DNA of 64,000 nucleotides, taken from assembly GCA_051313645.2 (NCBI GenBank), contig JBNRSN020000019.1:20646001-20710000 (forward strand), in the 5' to 3' direction. This DNA is from Centroscyllium fabricii. Lineage: Eukaryota. The notes beneath the pieces are model-generated. The model was not told where the DNA came from and did not search any database. It saw only the letters and a program-made list of their open reading frames with translations. The position numbers and the translations under genes are program-made. Below, one piece after another: positions 37,996-50,016 of the stretch; the stretch's first letter is position 1, and every line of letters starts with the position of its first letter.

Positions 37996-38260
37996 GAGGA
38001 CACGAGCACAAGATTCAAGGAGGAAGATTCAGAAGGGATGGCAGGGGCAGGTTCTTTACACAGAGAGTGGTCGGGGAATGGAATAGGCTACCATCTGGAA
38101 TAGTGGATGCGGACAGTCTGGGTGCTTTTAAAAGGATGATAGACAGGTACATGGAGGGGAAGGAACAGTAGGGGGGAAAGGAAAAATCAGAGATGGACTA
38201 AGGGCGGCACTACATTGAGGGCCCAAGGGCCTGTACAGTGCTGTATGTTCTATGTTCTAT
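37996..38260 (+). mobile_element. CR1 3' fragment inserted into the Gypsy gag
   Basis: Almost the exact reverse complement of 16635-16898. Removing it restores ..DKDMLH|VLRSRISS.. in gag. Confidence 0.92.
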
Positions 38261-40011
38261 GTAGCATGTCCTTGTCTGATGTAGCCTCGGTGGCTTCCAT
38301 GTAGGCCTCCAGTAGGCCGAACCAGTGTTCGAAGGTAGCGGGAGCAGCAGGGTCCTGGGGACTGATGTCCAGCTTCTCAGGCTTAACGTTGCTGCTATCC
38401 ATTTTAAAATAATTTAGTAATTAAAATTGACGTATCGTCAAGGTCTTCAATTAAAAGAGTCGACGCGTAGTTACCGAAACTAAAGGCTTTTAATTACTAA
38501 AGAACGGAGCTACTCTCCAGACGAACTACTGTACAGGAATGGATGGAGCCTCGGTCAGACCACACCTATATCGGGGCCTCACCTGGGGGAGGAGTCGGGG
38601 GTGTGGCTGACCTGGCTCCCAACAGAGTCACAGTAAACAGGGCTGTGCCTAACATCTGCACAGCCTATCATTAGTCATGGTGATACAGTGGTATAACAGA
38701 TATAGAACGGTTACCACACCATGGCAGAGAATTTTTCCTTGGCCACTGCCATTTTTGTGGGGTTGAGGCACCTGGCTCGAGCAAAAACCGGTGGGCCAGT
38801 AGTGGCGATGTGATGCTGGACGCCATGTTTGGCTGCCACATCTGAAAAGGTCGGCTTTGTAATGGCCGGGAAATCGGCCAGTAAGCGCGCATATTTGTCG
38901 CGGAGAAGAGCAGGAGCCCACGAGGGGTTGGTTGTCGCTCTGCTGGCAGGGCAGAGAGGCAAAGGTAGATGCTTCCATGAGGCGTCTGCCCCCGATGTCC
39001 ACGAGCAGGCCATGGGCACATAGGAAATCCGCGCCAAGCAATGGATGTTCCACCGTGGCCATAATGAAATCCCAGGTAAACCGTTGGCCTCCCAGGTGAA
39101 TCTCAGCCCGCCGTTTTCCAAAAGTGGCTATGGCTGCGCCATTGGCCGCCACGAGGGGTGGGCCACTGCGGCCTGCCTGTCGATCGAGCTGCGTAGCTGG
39201 TAGAATGCTGCATTTAACCCCGGTGTCGCAGAGGAACCTTCGCCCGGAGAGTGAGTCTGTGACGTACAGCAGCTTTCCCGCTGTGCCAATGGCGTTAGCA
39301 GCGGCTGGGCCCTGGCAGCAGCGCAGGTTCGAAGCGTGGGTTTTGGGCACAACCTCTTTGTCGTCGAATGAACAAGGCGCTCGGCAGCGATGAGCCTTCG
39401 GGCCGAAACGTGCGTGGTAATAACAGAGTCCCAGCTGGGGTTGAGTCGTTGCCCGCTGCGTAGGGGCGGAGAGCCTCGTGGTTGCACAGTTAGCGGGTGA
39501 GCAAAGGCAAACGCGGTCCGCTGCGATGGCCAACTCGGCGTAGCTCCCGCCTTTAACGTTTGCTAAAGCCGATTGCACCGGCTGCGGGAGCAGGCTGATG
39601 AATAGCGCCCGAAATAATGGGCAGTCTTTGTGGTCCCCGGGAGCGGGACTTGGAGCGAGAGTGGCAGGCTTCATAAGGAGCGGCGGTGGCGGCAGAGGCC
39701 AGACCCGGGAGCTGGACTTGGAGTGAGAGCAGCAGAGGCCACTTCAACAGCGGGCAGTGTGACGTCACCAACAGGCGGGTAAGTGATTGGTTGGTAAGTA
39801 TTTATCTCTTCTATTTCTCTTTCCTTTTATAAAACTTAAATTTCGGTGTTTTTTTTACGTTTCTAGGGTCCCTGTGGTATAGCGTGGTCTGTTAAAAAAA
39901 CAGGGCCTTAAATAGATCACTAACTAGAGTGTAAATTGCTGGGTGTGATTTGATTTGGGAAGCTTGTATTTTTTTGGATCTCTGTGGTTCAGCGGGGACT
40001 TTTGTCGTAAA

Positions 40012-41914
40012 AATTCAATTCAATTCAATTCAATTCAAATTTTATTGTCATTGCAGAGTACTAGTACAATACAACGAGATGAAGACTCGACTCTCCCGAG
40101 AGTAGTGCAAACAAAAATAAATAAATTACATGAAAATTCCATACAGTAAAGTTCATTATCAGGCGTGCAGGTACCGGAGTTTCATTTTAGAGTTCAGGAG
40201 GCTGACAGCCCTGGGGAAGAAGCTGTTCTGAAATCTAGTCGTACGGGTGCAAATTGCTCTGTAGCGTCTCCCGGAGGGCAGAGGGGCGAACAGACTGTGG
40301 CTGGGGTGTGTGGGGTCTTTAATAATGTTCATAGACCTCCGTAAGCAGCGTTTGAGGTAGATGCTTTCCATTGACGGTAGCTGTGTACCGGTAATTCGTT
40401 GGGCAGTTTTGACTACCCGCTGCAGGGTTTTCCGGTCCGAGATAGTGCAATTACCATACCAGACAGTGATGCAGCTTGTCAGTATGCTTTCTATTGTGCA
40501 GCGGTAGAAGTTGGAGAGGATGCCGGATGACAGCCTGGCTTTCTTCAGCTTCCTAAGGAAGTACAGGCGCTGTTGGGCCTTCTTAACCAGAGAGGAGGTG
40601 TTTAGTGACCAGGAGAGATCTTCCGAGATGTGGACCCCGAGGAACTTGAAGCTGGACACCCTTTCCACCTCAGCCCCTTGGATGAAGATGGGGGTGTGTT
40701 TTCTGCTTCCAGTCCTCCGGAAGTCCACTATGATCTCCTTGGTTTTCTTTGCCAGGTTGTTGTCGGCACACCAACCCACAAGGTGCTGGATCTCATCCCT
40801 GTAGGCTGACTCGTCGTTGTTGGTGATCTGGCCAACCACCGTGGTGTCATCCGCGAACTTGATGATCGTGTTGGAGCCATGGACAGCCGCACAGTCGGGA
40901 GTAGAGGAGGGGGCTGAGCGCACAACCTTGTGGGGCCCCCGTGTTCAGGGTAAGGGGGGAGGAGGTGAGGTTGCCTAACTTCACAGACTGTGGTCTGTTG
41001 GTTAGGAAGTCCAGGGTCCAGTTGCAGAGGGAGGTGTTCAGGCCGAGGGTGAGGAGTTTGGTAGACAATTTGCTGGGGACGATGGTGTTGAATGCTGAGC
41101 TGTAGTCAATAAACAGCATTCTGATATATGTATCTTTGCTATCCAGGTGGTTTAGTGCAGAGTGAAGAGCCGTAGTGATAGCATCCTCTGTAGATCTGTT
41201 CCCATGGTAGGCGAACTGGTATTGGTCCAGGGTGGCGGGGATGCTGGCTTTGATGTGGGCCAGGACCAGCCGCTCGAAACACTTCATGATAATGGGTGTA
41301 AGTGCAACAGAAGGTAGTCGTTCAGGCACGTCACGGCCGTTTTCTTGGGCACAGGGATGATGGTGGCGGTTTTGAAGCAGGTAGGGACAGCTGCCTTCGC
41401 CAGTGACAGGTTGAAGATGTCAGTGAAGACTTCAGCCAGTTGGTCGGCACATTATTTGAGTGCCCGGCCGGGGATGCCATCAGGACCCGCGGCCTTCCGT
41501 GCGTTCACTCTACGTAGAGCACCTCTAACGTCGGAACAGGACAGTGTTAATGGCTGGTCTTCCGGTGATTGCCGGACTTTGGTGGCTGGCTCCTTGTTGT
41601 CCCTGTCGAAGCGAGCGTAGAAGTTGTTGAGTTCCTCCGGTCGGGGGGCTGGTGTTTCTGCACTTGTAGTCCGTGATGGACTGTATGCCTTGCCACATAC
41701 GTCGGGGGTCCGAGTTGTTGAGAAAGTGTTCCTCTATCTTCAGTGTCTGGTTTTGTTTGGCATACCTGATACCCCTCTTTAGGTTGGCCCTGGCTGTGCT
41801 GTAAGCCGCCACATCCCCAGATTTGAAAGCTGTGTCACGCGCCTTCAGCAGCGAGCGGACCTCCCCGTTCATCCAGGGTTTCTGGTTGGGGAATGTCTTG
41901 ATGTTTTTTTGGGT
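40012..41914 (-). mobile_element. 5'-truncated Rex1/Babar LINE
   Basis: [38 protein letters not shown]; (aattc)n tail at 40012-40037. Confidence 0.9.
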
Positions 41915-42061
41915 AGGGATCGGGTGGGATATGTGTCGGTGCAGGCTCGATAGGGATCGAGGGATATGGTGACAAGGCAGGGATAGGGTGCTGGTTTTGG
42001 ATGATCAGCCATGATCTCATTGAATGGCCTACTCCTGCTCCTATCTTCTATGTTTCTATGT
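41915..42061 (+). mobile_element. HE1-type SINE 3' fragment between two Rex1 copies
   Basis: Matches 13666-13833 with an internal deletion. Confidence 0.75.
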
Positions 42062-43735
42062 TAGAACACCAGCCCCCCGACCAGCGATGCCTCCCTAGCG
42101 GAGGAACTCAACAACTTCTATGCTCGCTTCGACAGGGACAACAGGGAGCCAGCCACCAAAGTCTTGCAATCTCCGGAAGACCAGTTACTAACACTGTCCT
42201 CCTCTGACGTAAGAGGTGCTTTATGTGGAGTGAACGCACGGAAGGCCGCGGGTCCTAATGGCATCCCTGGCCGGGCACTCAGACTGTGCTGACCAACTGC
42301 GTGAGGTCTTCACCGACATCTTAAACCTGTCACTGGCGAAGGCAGCTGTCCCTACCTGCTTCAAGACCGCCACCATCATCCCTGTGCCCAAGAAAATGGC
42401 TGTGACGTGCCTGAACGACTACCGTCCTGTCGCACTCACCCCATAATCATGAAGTGTTTTGAGCGGCTGGTCCTGGCCCACATCAAAGCCAGCGTCCCCG
42501 CCGCCCTCGACTAATACCAGTTCGCCTATCGAGGAAACCGATCAACGGAAGATGCAATCACAATGGCTCTTCACTCTGCACTAAACCACCTGGATAGCAA
42601 AGATACCTATATCAGAATGCTGTTTATAGACTACAGCTCAGCATTCAACACTATCGGCCCGAGCAAGTTGTCTACCAAACTCCTCACCCTTGGCCTGAAC
42701 ACCTCCCTCTGCAACTGGACCTTGGACTTCCTAACCAACAGTCCACAGTCTGTGAAGTTAGGCAACCTCACCGCCCCCCCCCCCCCCCGCCCCTTACCCT
42801 GAACACAGGGGCCCCACAAGGCTGTGTGCTGAGCCCCCTCCTCTACTCCCTCGTTACCCACGACTGTGTGGCTGTTCACGGCTCCAACAAGATCATCAAG
42901 TTTGCGGACGACACCACGGTGGTTGGCCAGATCACCAACAACGATGAGTCAGCCTACAGGGATGAGATTCAGCGCCTTGTGGGATGGTGTGCCGACAACA
43001 ACCTGGCACTAAACACCAAGAAAACCAAGGAGATCATAGTGGACTTCCGGAAGACTAAAGGCGGAAGACACCCCCCCATCTTCATCCAAGGGGCTGAAGT
43101 GGAAAGGGTGTCCAGCTTCCAGTTCCTCGGGGTCCACATCTCTGAAGACCTCTCCTGGTCACGAAACACCTCCTCTCTGATAAAGAAGGCCCAACAGCGC
43201 CTGTACTTCCGAAGGAAGCTGAAAAAGGCCAAGCTGACATCCGGCATCCTCACCAACTTCTACCGCTGCACAATTGGAAGCATACTCACAAGCTGCATCA
43301 CAGTCTGGTATGGAAACTGCACCATCTCGGACCGGAAGGCCCTGCAGCGGTTAGTCAAAACTGCCCAACGAATCAACGGCACCCAGCTACCATCAATTGA
43401 ATGCACCTACCTCAAACGCTGCCTACGGAGGTCTCAGAACATTATTAAAGACCCCACACACCCCAGCCATAGTCTGTTCGCCCCCCTGCCCTCCGGGAGA
43501 CGCTACAGATCAATCCGCACCCGCACGACCAGATTCAAGAACCGCTTCTTCCCCAGGGCTGTCAGTCGCCTGAACTCTAACAAAAAACTCCAGTATCTGC
43601 ACACCTGAAATGTACTTTATTGTATGCAATTGTATGTAACTTATTTGCACTACTCTCGGGAGCGGCGAGTCTTCGTTTCGTTATATTGTACTAGTACACT
43701 GCAATGACAATAAAATTGAATTGAATTGAATTGAA
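42062..43735 (+). mobile_element. 5'-truncated Rex1/Babar LINE
   Basis: Same ORF motifs as the other copies; (ttgaa)n tail. Confidence 0.9.
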
Positions 43736-44291
43736 TTCAACGGCGGGGTTCCCACCAGGCGGGTTTTGGGTGGGAAGAGGGTGAAAATAGCTGAGGGCCC
43801 TTAAAATAGGATTACCCATCCAATTAAAGGCCCTCAACGAGCTCCTTGTGCATCCCCGCCGGTGGCCGGTCGGGGCGGCAAAACCCGCCCGAGGAAAATC
43901 GCTAATGGGCGGGGATCTGGCAGGGTGATTTCCCGCCCACCGGAATTGCGATTTTACCCCCGGCCCCGCCAGAAATCCGCCCTCACGGCCCGAGGAAAAC
44001 CCCCCCAATGTGTGACATTGGATCAAGCCCCCAGCACCACCAAGGTGCCTGGTTTGCCACAGTTACTTTTTAATTTTATTTTTAATTTTATTCCAGCATT
44101 ATACTTGAAAACATGTTTTTCCTATATTATCCTTTTGTTTTGCTACTAACCCTCGTAGCGGGATGTGACAATGGTGTTTCTCAAAAGATCTGTATGGGGG
44201 CCTGAGCTATTCACCATTAATATTAAAAACTTGGATGAAGGAATAGAAAGTTGTCTATTGAAGTTTGCAAATTATACTAAGTTAGGAGGTA

Positions 44292-44800
44292 CAGGTTGAG
44301 CACCGTTAATCCTGCACCCTCGGGACCAGGCCAGTGCCGGACTACTGAAAATTCCGAACCACTGAAGGTTCAGGGAGAGCGCACGGTAGAACACTCCCCG
44401 GGACCCAGAGCGCACGGTAGAACACTCCCCAGGGTGCAGTAGAACACCCCCCGGGATCCGGAGCACGCGGTAGAACACTCCCCGGGGCCTAGAGCGCACG
44501 GTAGAACACTCCCCAGGGCGCAGTAGCACACTCCCCAGGGCCCAGAGCACGCGGTAGAACACTCCCCGGGGCCTGGAGCACGCGGTAGAACACTCCCCGG
44601 GAGGGAGCCCGGGGATAGAACACTTACAAAACCTTAAAAAACCAGAAACTCAAATTCCTGATGCATTCGGCGCTTGCTTCATGGGAAACGGTGGCGCCGC
44701 CGAGCGACTGCTCCGCAAAATGAAAAGCGGCGGTTTCCAATCGTGCTGAACCACTGAAGCTGCCGGACCATCGGGTGCCGGAGTACCGGTGGTCAACCTG
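44292..44800. mobile_element. pogo/Tigger-like MITE with TA TSD and an internal ~30-bp minisatellite (44376-44622)
   Basis: TA|CAGGTTGAgCACCG...CGGTGgTCAACCTG|TA; repeats of gcacggtagaacactccccgggg. Confidence 0.8.
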
Positions 44801-45168
44801 TACAATAAATTGTGTAGATGGGTGCAGGAAGTTACAAAGGGACATAGACAGACTAAGTGAGTTGGCAGATGGTGCTCGATGTGGGGATCCACTTTGGATC
44901 TGAGAAAGACAAATTAGAATATTTTCTTCATGTTGAGATGCCAGGCGCAGTGGAGAAATAAAGGGATTCCGGTGTTCATGCACACAAATTACTAAAAGCA
45001 AGTGTGCAGGGGCAAAAAGTAATCAAAAGGACTAATGGAATGTTGGGGTTTATCGCAAGGTTGGAATTCAAAGGTGAGAAAGTGATGGTTCAGTTGTACA
45101 GTGCCTTGGCCTGGCCCCTTTTTGATTAGTGCGTTCCGTTTTGGGCACCAAAGCTCAGGAAAGATATA

Positions 45169-45582
45169 CAGGTTGAGCACCGTTAATCCGTTACCCGAAA
45201 AACTTCCAACGTCCAGCAATAATTTCCCCGACTGCACCGTGCATGCGCAAAATGGCCACCGCGATTGATGCTTCGGCGAATGATCTGCGCATGCGCCGCC
45301 GAACGGCCGGGATTCCCCGAACGTGGGCTGTGCTGGGATTCCCCGAACGCGGGCTGGGCCGGGATTCCCCGAACGCGGGCTGGGACCATCCGAACGATGC
45401 TGGGCCGGGACTCGCCGAACGATAGGCGCATGCGCAGACCACTCTTACTGGCCGCTGGCCTTTCGTGGTGGCCATTTTGAATGGTCTGCGCAAGCGCTCT
45501 CCGAAGCTTCAATCGTTCGGGATTTTCACTTTCCCGGCACTGGTCTGGTCCCGCCCGTGCCGGATTAACGGTGCTCAACCTG
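45169..45582. mobile_element. pogo/Tigger-like MITE with perfect 22-bp TIRs and TA TSD
   Basis: TA|caggttgagcaccgttaatccg...cggattaacggtgctcaacctg|TA; internal gggattccccgaacg repeats. Confidence 0.85.
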
Positions 45583-46694
45583 TATTGGCATTGGAGGGCG
45601 TACAGCGCAGATACACCAAAATTATACCGGGGCTTAAAGTGTTAAATTGTGAGGACAGGTTACATAAACTTGCTTTGTATTCCCTTGAGTTTAGAATGTT
45701 AAAGGGTGTAAATCAAGGTTTTTAAATCATAAAGGGATTCATTAGGGTAGGTACAGAGAAACTATTTCCTCTGCTGGAGGAATCCAGAATAAGGGAACAT
45801 ATTATTAGAGCTAGGCTGTTTAGGAGTAAATTCAGGAAGCACCTTTTCACACAAAGGGTAGTGGAAATCTGGAACACGCTTCCTCCCAAATGGTTGTGCT
45901 TGCTGAGAGCGAGGTTTTTTTGTGAAATAAGGCTATCCAGGGATATGGAGCAAAGGCAAGTAAATGGAATTCAGATACAGATCAGCCATGATTTAATTGA
46001 ATGACTGGACAACCTTGAGGGGCTGAATGACCTGCTCCTGTTTCTATGTTCCTGATATGTTGGATCAGAAAATGAAAGTTACAGGTAATGCTAACTACTG
46101 AATGGATAGAATTTGATGCATATTTACCACCATAATAGCGTTGCACTAATTTTACTAGCTTTTAAATTATTGGTAGAGTTTTATTAATAAGTGTACTCCA
46201 CTGGTGTCCCCATACCACAGCACGTTTCTGTTGTGGAACTTCTTGATGGTTTGCTGATTTATGTTTCCCCTCGTGTTTTAGTCATTCCACTGAAGCCATG
46301 GTGCGTGGCTTATCAGGTGTCTACCAGTGTTGCCATGAAACCGTCCCCCAAGTAGTGTGCAAGAATAGCACAAGGTAATTCACTTGTTGATTTTCCTTCC
46401 TTCCCTGTAAAGAAGCAACTGGTCTGAAATCAGCTGCTACCGCTGTAGCCCAAATGAAATAAAAAACTCTGGATGCAGAAGTGTGAGGGCAAAAAAGATT
46501 TGCAGCACAGTGTATTAGCCCATGAATCTGTGGTGTCACATCACATCGGTTTGCTATGGATATCTAGGTTCATAAAAATCTACTGTGTTCAAACAGCAAT
46601 GTATCCCATCAAAATTTATTTTTAATTAACTTTTTCACTTGACTTCTTTTCTCTTTTCTATTGAACTCTCCTGAACCAATGAATGCGAATAAAG

Positions 46695-46838
46695 ACACGT
46701 CAACAGAAGGACTTATAATTATAGACTGCAGCAAAACTGGTGTGGGAAAAGGCACGATAGGTTTGGACTGTTCTAAATTTACAACAGAAAGCCCTGTACC
46801 AGTTATTTCTGATGATGCATCAAATGAGAAGCCAGAAG
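46695..46838 (+). CDS. IQUB: IQUB putative repeat exon B1 (144 nt, phase 1-1; DTSTEGLIIIDCSK...DDASNEKPE)
   Basis: Open frame, gaag|gtaacg donor, weak aag acceptor at the position homologous to B2. Confidence 0.5.
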
Positions 46839-47459
46839 GTAACGCACAATTTTATTTAGTGGCAAAGTGCATTTGAGTTGTTCGGTTTTACTGTGTCTGC
46901 AGTGAGAACCATATACTGTATTCAGTCATTACTGTGCAACTACTTCATAATTTGTTCTGCACATAAAATAATGATTTTTGTTTCCGTTTTTCAATTATTC
47001 CACCCGATTCTTCTCCGCGTATGCTATTTTGCCAGAAAATAGATTGGTTCAGGTGGAATATAAAGATTTTTATTGCACTTTTCTCAGAGCAGATTGGCCA
47101 ACATCCCTCCCTCAACCTACACCAGCAAACAGAAGCAGATTAACTGGTCATTCATTTCATTACTACTTGTGGGATCTTGCTGTATGCGTAACAGCTGAAC
47201 TGTTTGCCTACATCAGTACATTACAGTGTAATTCATTATTTCTGAAGCATTTTGAAATGTTTCTAAGAGACACAATAAGGCGTTTATTTCTGTTCCTAAG
47301 CCTCTGCCCATGTTTTTGTGCAAATGCACACTAAAGCATTCATGAGGGCTCTTTAGGGGCTTAGCTAACAATTTTCATTTTCACCCTGTACGGGATAAAT
47401 GCTTGGCCATGCTCTGTTTAGCTGGCCCTTCCCCCTTTGCTCAAAATATGCTGAACCCT

Positions 47460-47890
47460 AGGAGGGGATTTTGCCAGAAGTGCGGGAACCTGGTGGGGAT
47501 TGGTCGGGGTGGGTTCCTGTCCTGCCCGCACAAAGACCTGGAAACCCCACACAATTTTAATTTAATTGAGTAATTAAATCCCCACGTGTGGGAGCCGGTG
47601 GTAATTGACTCAATCGAGTCAGGGCTGTAGCCGGCTGCGAGGTGCTTGATTGACAGTTCCAGCACTGGTTGTTGACAGTTCCCATGGAAACACTCTACTG
47701 TGACATCACAGTCGAGTGGAAGCAATGGGAAAGGTCAAGTGCTGGTGACTGACAGGTGGGCGGGCGGGCTCCGAATCCTTGACAGCTCGCACCGGGGGGG
47801 GGGGGGGGGGGGTCGCGACCCACTGGTTGCGCTATTTTGCCAGCCGAGCCACCGAAAACCCCGCCTCACGGGTACATGAAATCCCCCCCC
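47460..47890. mobile_element. Putative Harbinger-like non-autonomous element (related copies at 57831-58619, 50633-51530, 43740-44007)
   Basis: Termini ggggattttgcc...tgaaatcccccc; internal sequence shared with 57831-58619. Confidence 0.55.
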
Positions 47891-48354
47891 TGTGCTTCTG
47901 TTGTGGAACTTCTTGATGGTTTGCTGATTTATGTTTCCCCTCATGTTTTAGTCATTCCACTGAAGCCATGCACCATTCTCTTGTCCGGTGTCTACCCATG
48001 TCACCATGCAACCGTCCCCCAAGTGATGTGCAAGACTAGCACAAAGTAATTCACTCGTTGATATTCCCTCCTTCCCTGTAAAGAAGCACCTGGTCTGAAA
48101 TCGGCGACTACCACTTTAGCCTGAATGAGATCAAAAACTTAGTGGATGCAGAAGTGTGGGGAAAAAGTATTTGCAGCACAGTGTATTAGCCCATTTATCG
48201 TAATGTCACAACACATCAGTTTTCTGTGGATATCCAGGTTCATAAAAATCAACGACAGCCTGTATATTCAAACAGCATTGTATCCCGTCAACATTTATTT
48301 TTAATTAATGTTTTCACTTGACCTCTTTTCTGTTGCACTCTCCTGAACGCGTAG

Positions 48355-48501
48355 ATACGACAGCAGAAGGACTTAAAATTTTAGACGGTAGCAAAGGTGC
48401 TGCAGAAGAAGGCGCTTTGAGTTTGGACACTACTAAATATTCTACAACAGATGGCAGTATACCAGTTGTCTCTGATGATCCATCAAATGAGAAGCCAGAA
48501 G
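48355..48501 (+). CDS. IQUB: IQUB putative repeat exon B2 (147 nt, phase 1-1; DTTAEGLKILDGSK...DDPSNEKPE)
   Basis: cgtag| acceptor, gaag|gtaatg donor, open frame, paralogous to B1. Confidence 0.6.
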
Positions 48502-49473
48502 GTAATGCACAATTTTACTTAGAAGCAAAGTGCTTTTGAGTTCGGTTTTACTGCAGTTCAAATTATTAGCAGAGATTTGTAAGCGAGGGTTGTGAGCTTG
48601 TGCCTGCATTGAGCACTATAGTCATCACTGTACAACTTCGTCATTTTTTCCCTCGCATAAAATAGTGATTTGTGTTTCCTTTTTTCAATTACTCCTTTCC
48701 ATCCCCTCAGCATCCGCTATTTTGCCAAAATGTAGATTGGTTCAGGTGGACTTTAAAGATTCCACAGCACCTTTCTAAGAACAGTGAGTTTTATTGGCCA
48801 ACATCCTTCTCTCGACCTACACCACCAATTAAAAAAACCCAGATTAACTGGTCATTCATTTCCATGCTATTTAAGGGATATTACGGTGTGCAAAATAGCT
48901 GAAATATTTGCTTGCATCAGTATATTGCATAGTAATTCATTGTATCTGAATTGTTTTGAAATGTTTCTGAGAGACATGATAGGTGATTATTTCTGTTCCC
49001 CAAACTTCGCCCATGTCATTGTGCAAGTGCCCACTAGAGGATTGATGAGAGCTCTTTAGGGGCTCAGCTGCCAATATTCATTTTCACCCTGTAAGGGATA
49101 AATTCTTGGACTCTGCTCTGTGTTACTGGCCCTTCCCCCTTTGCTCAAAATATTCTTATACTTAGAATGTTAATGTGTGGATATTGAAGCTTTGGAGATG
49201 GTGCAGAGGGGAAAGATCAGAATGATGCCTAACCTTGGGTCTCTTGCTTCTGAGAAATGGCTTCAAGGGTTAGGCCTATTTACTTTAGAGAAACCCAGGC
49301 TTAGAACAGATATGATTATAGTTTTTAAAATGTTGAAGGGATTGGACTTGCTGTAGTTAGGTTATTTGAGATGAATATGGATGGTAGGACTAGAAGGTGG
49401 GCACTGTTGTCTGGATGGGTCAGGCTTGATGGGCCCTGATGGTCTTTACTTGCCCTTTTTATATATTTATATA

Positions 49474-49846
49474 TAGAAACATAGAAACATAGAAGATAGG
49501 AGCAGGAGTAGGCCATTCAGCCCTTCAAGCCTGCTCCGCCATTCAATGAGATCATGGCTGATCATCCAAACCCAGCACCCTGTCCCTTCCTTGTCCCCAC
49601 ATCCCTCGATCCCTATCAAGCCTGCACTGGCACATATCCCACCCTATTCCCGTAACCCCACATATTCAATCCCCCTAACACTAAGGGTCAATTTATCATG
49701 GCCAATCAACCTAACCCGCACATCTTTGGACTGTGGGAGGAAACCGGAGCACCCAGAGGAAACCCACGCAGGCACGGGGAGAACGTGCAAACTCCACACA
49801 GATAGTACCCGAGGCTGGATTTGAACCCGGGTCTCTAGTGCTGTAA
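49474..49846 (-). mobile_element. HE1-type V-SINE (5'-truncated head)
   Basis: Same family as other copies. Confidence 0.88.
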
Positions 49847-50016
49847 TATCTGTGAATCCATTTGTGAGCATGAACACACTCCACCTCTGGATTGCCTTGG
49901 TTTGCTGTATTTGTCCATGTTACTCAAATTAGTTACATCAGCAACTATAGGCTTTGCCTTCCTTTTGTTAGTTGTTATTAAAGCCATATTGTTTTCTCCC
50001 CTACTACTTTACTCAG

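Larger units (their letters stand above)
33614..38718 (-). mobile_element. Young full-length Ty3/Gypsy retrotransposon with near-identical LTRs (33614-33902, 38428-38718) and a single gag-pol ORF
   Basis: 5-bp TSD CCATG (33609-33613 / 38719-38723); PPT agaaggggtgaa; ATG at 38402 (MDSSNVKPEKLD); two CCHC knuckles, LFDTGS, YLDN, RNase H and integrase. ORF is open except for a CR1 insertion. Confidence 0.95.
30696..39635 (-). mobile_element. CsRn1-like Gypsy LTR retrotransposon (5'-truncated; 3' LTR 30696-30972), split by a nested Gypsy
   Basis: gag knuckle CYYHARFG..AHRC..PC, protease FLCDTG, RT YLDD, RNase [11 protein letters not shown], integrase HGLSHPG...[12 protein letters not shown] at 30973-30988; LTR TGTAG...CTACA. 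Pol reads ..EKFSAM|VKLGII.. across the insertion. Confidence 0.9.
44192..46052 (+). mobile_element. Old CR1 fragment carrying two nested MITEs
   Basis: Decayed CR1 RT C-terminus (LEGVQRRYTKIIPGLK) and tail gatcagccatgat...ttctatgttcct. Confidence 0.75.
46227..49153 (+). repeat. Local tandem duplication (about 1.2 kb units 46227-47449 and 47897-49153), each containing one exon
   Basis: Collinear similarity from tctgttgtggaacttcttgatgg to ggcccttcccc..tttgctcaaaatat. Confidence 0.9.

Noticed and set aside
46329-46342. X-box-like motif gttgccatgaaac in the intron
   Set aside because: Imperfect, not in a CpG island, and degenerate in the duplicated copy.
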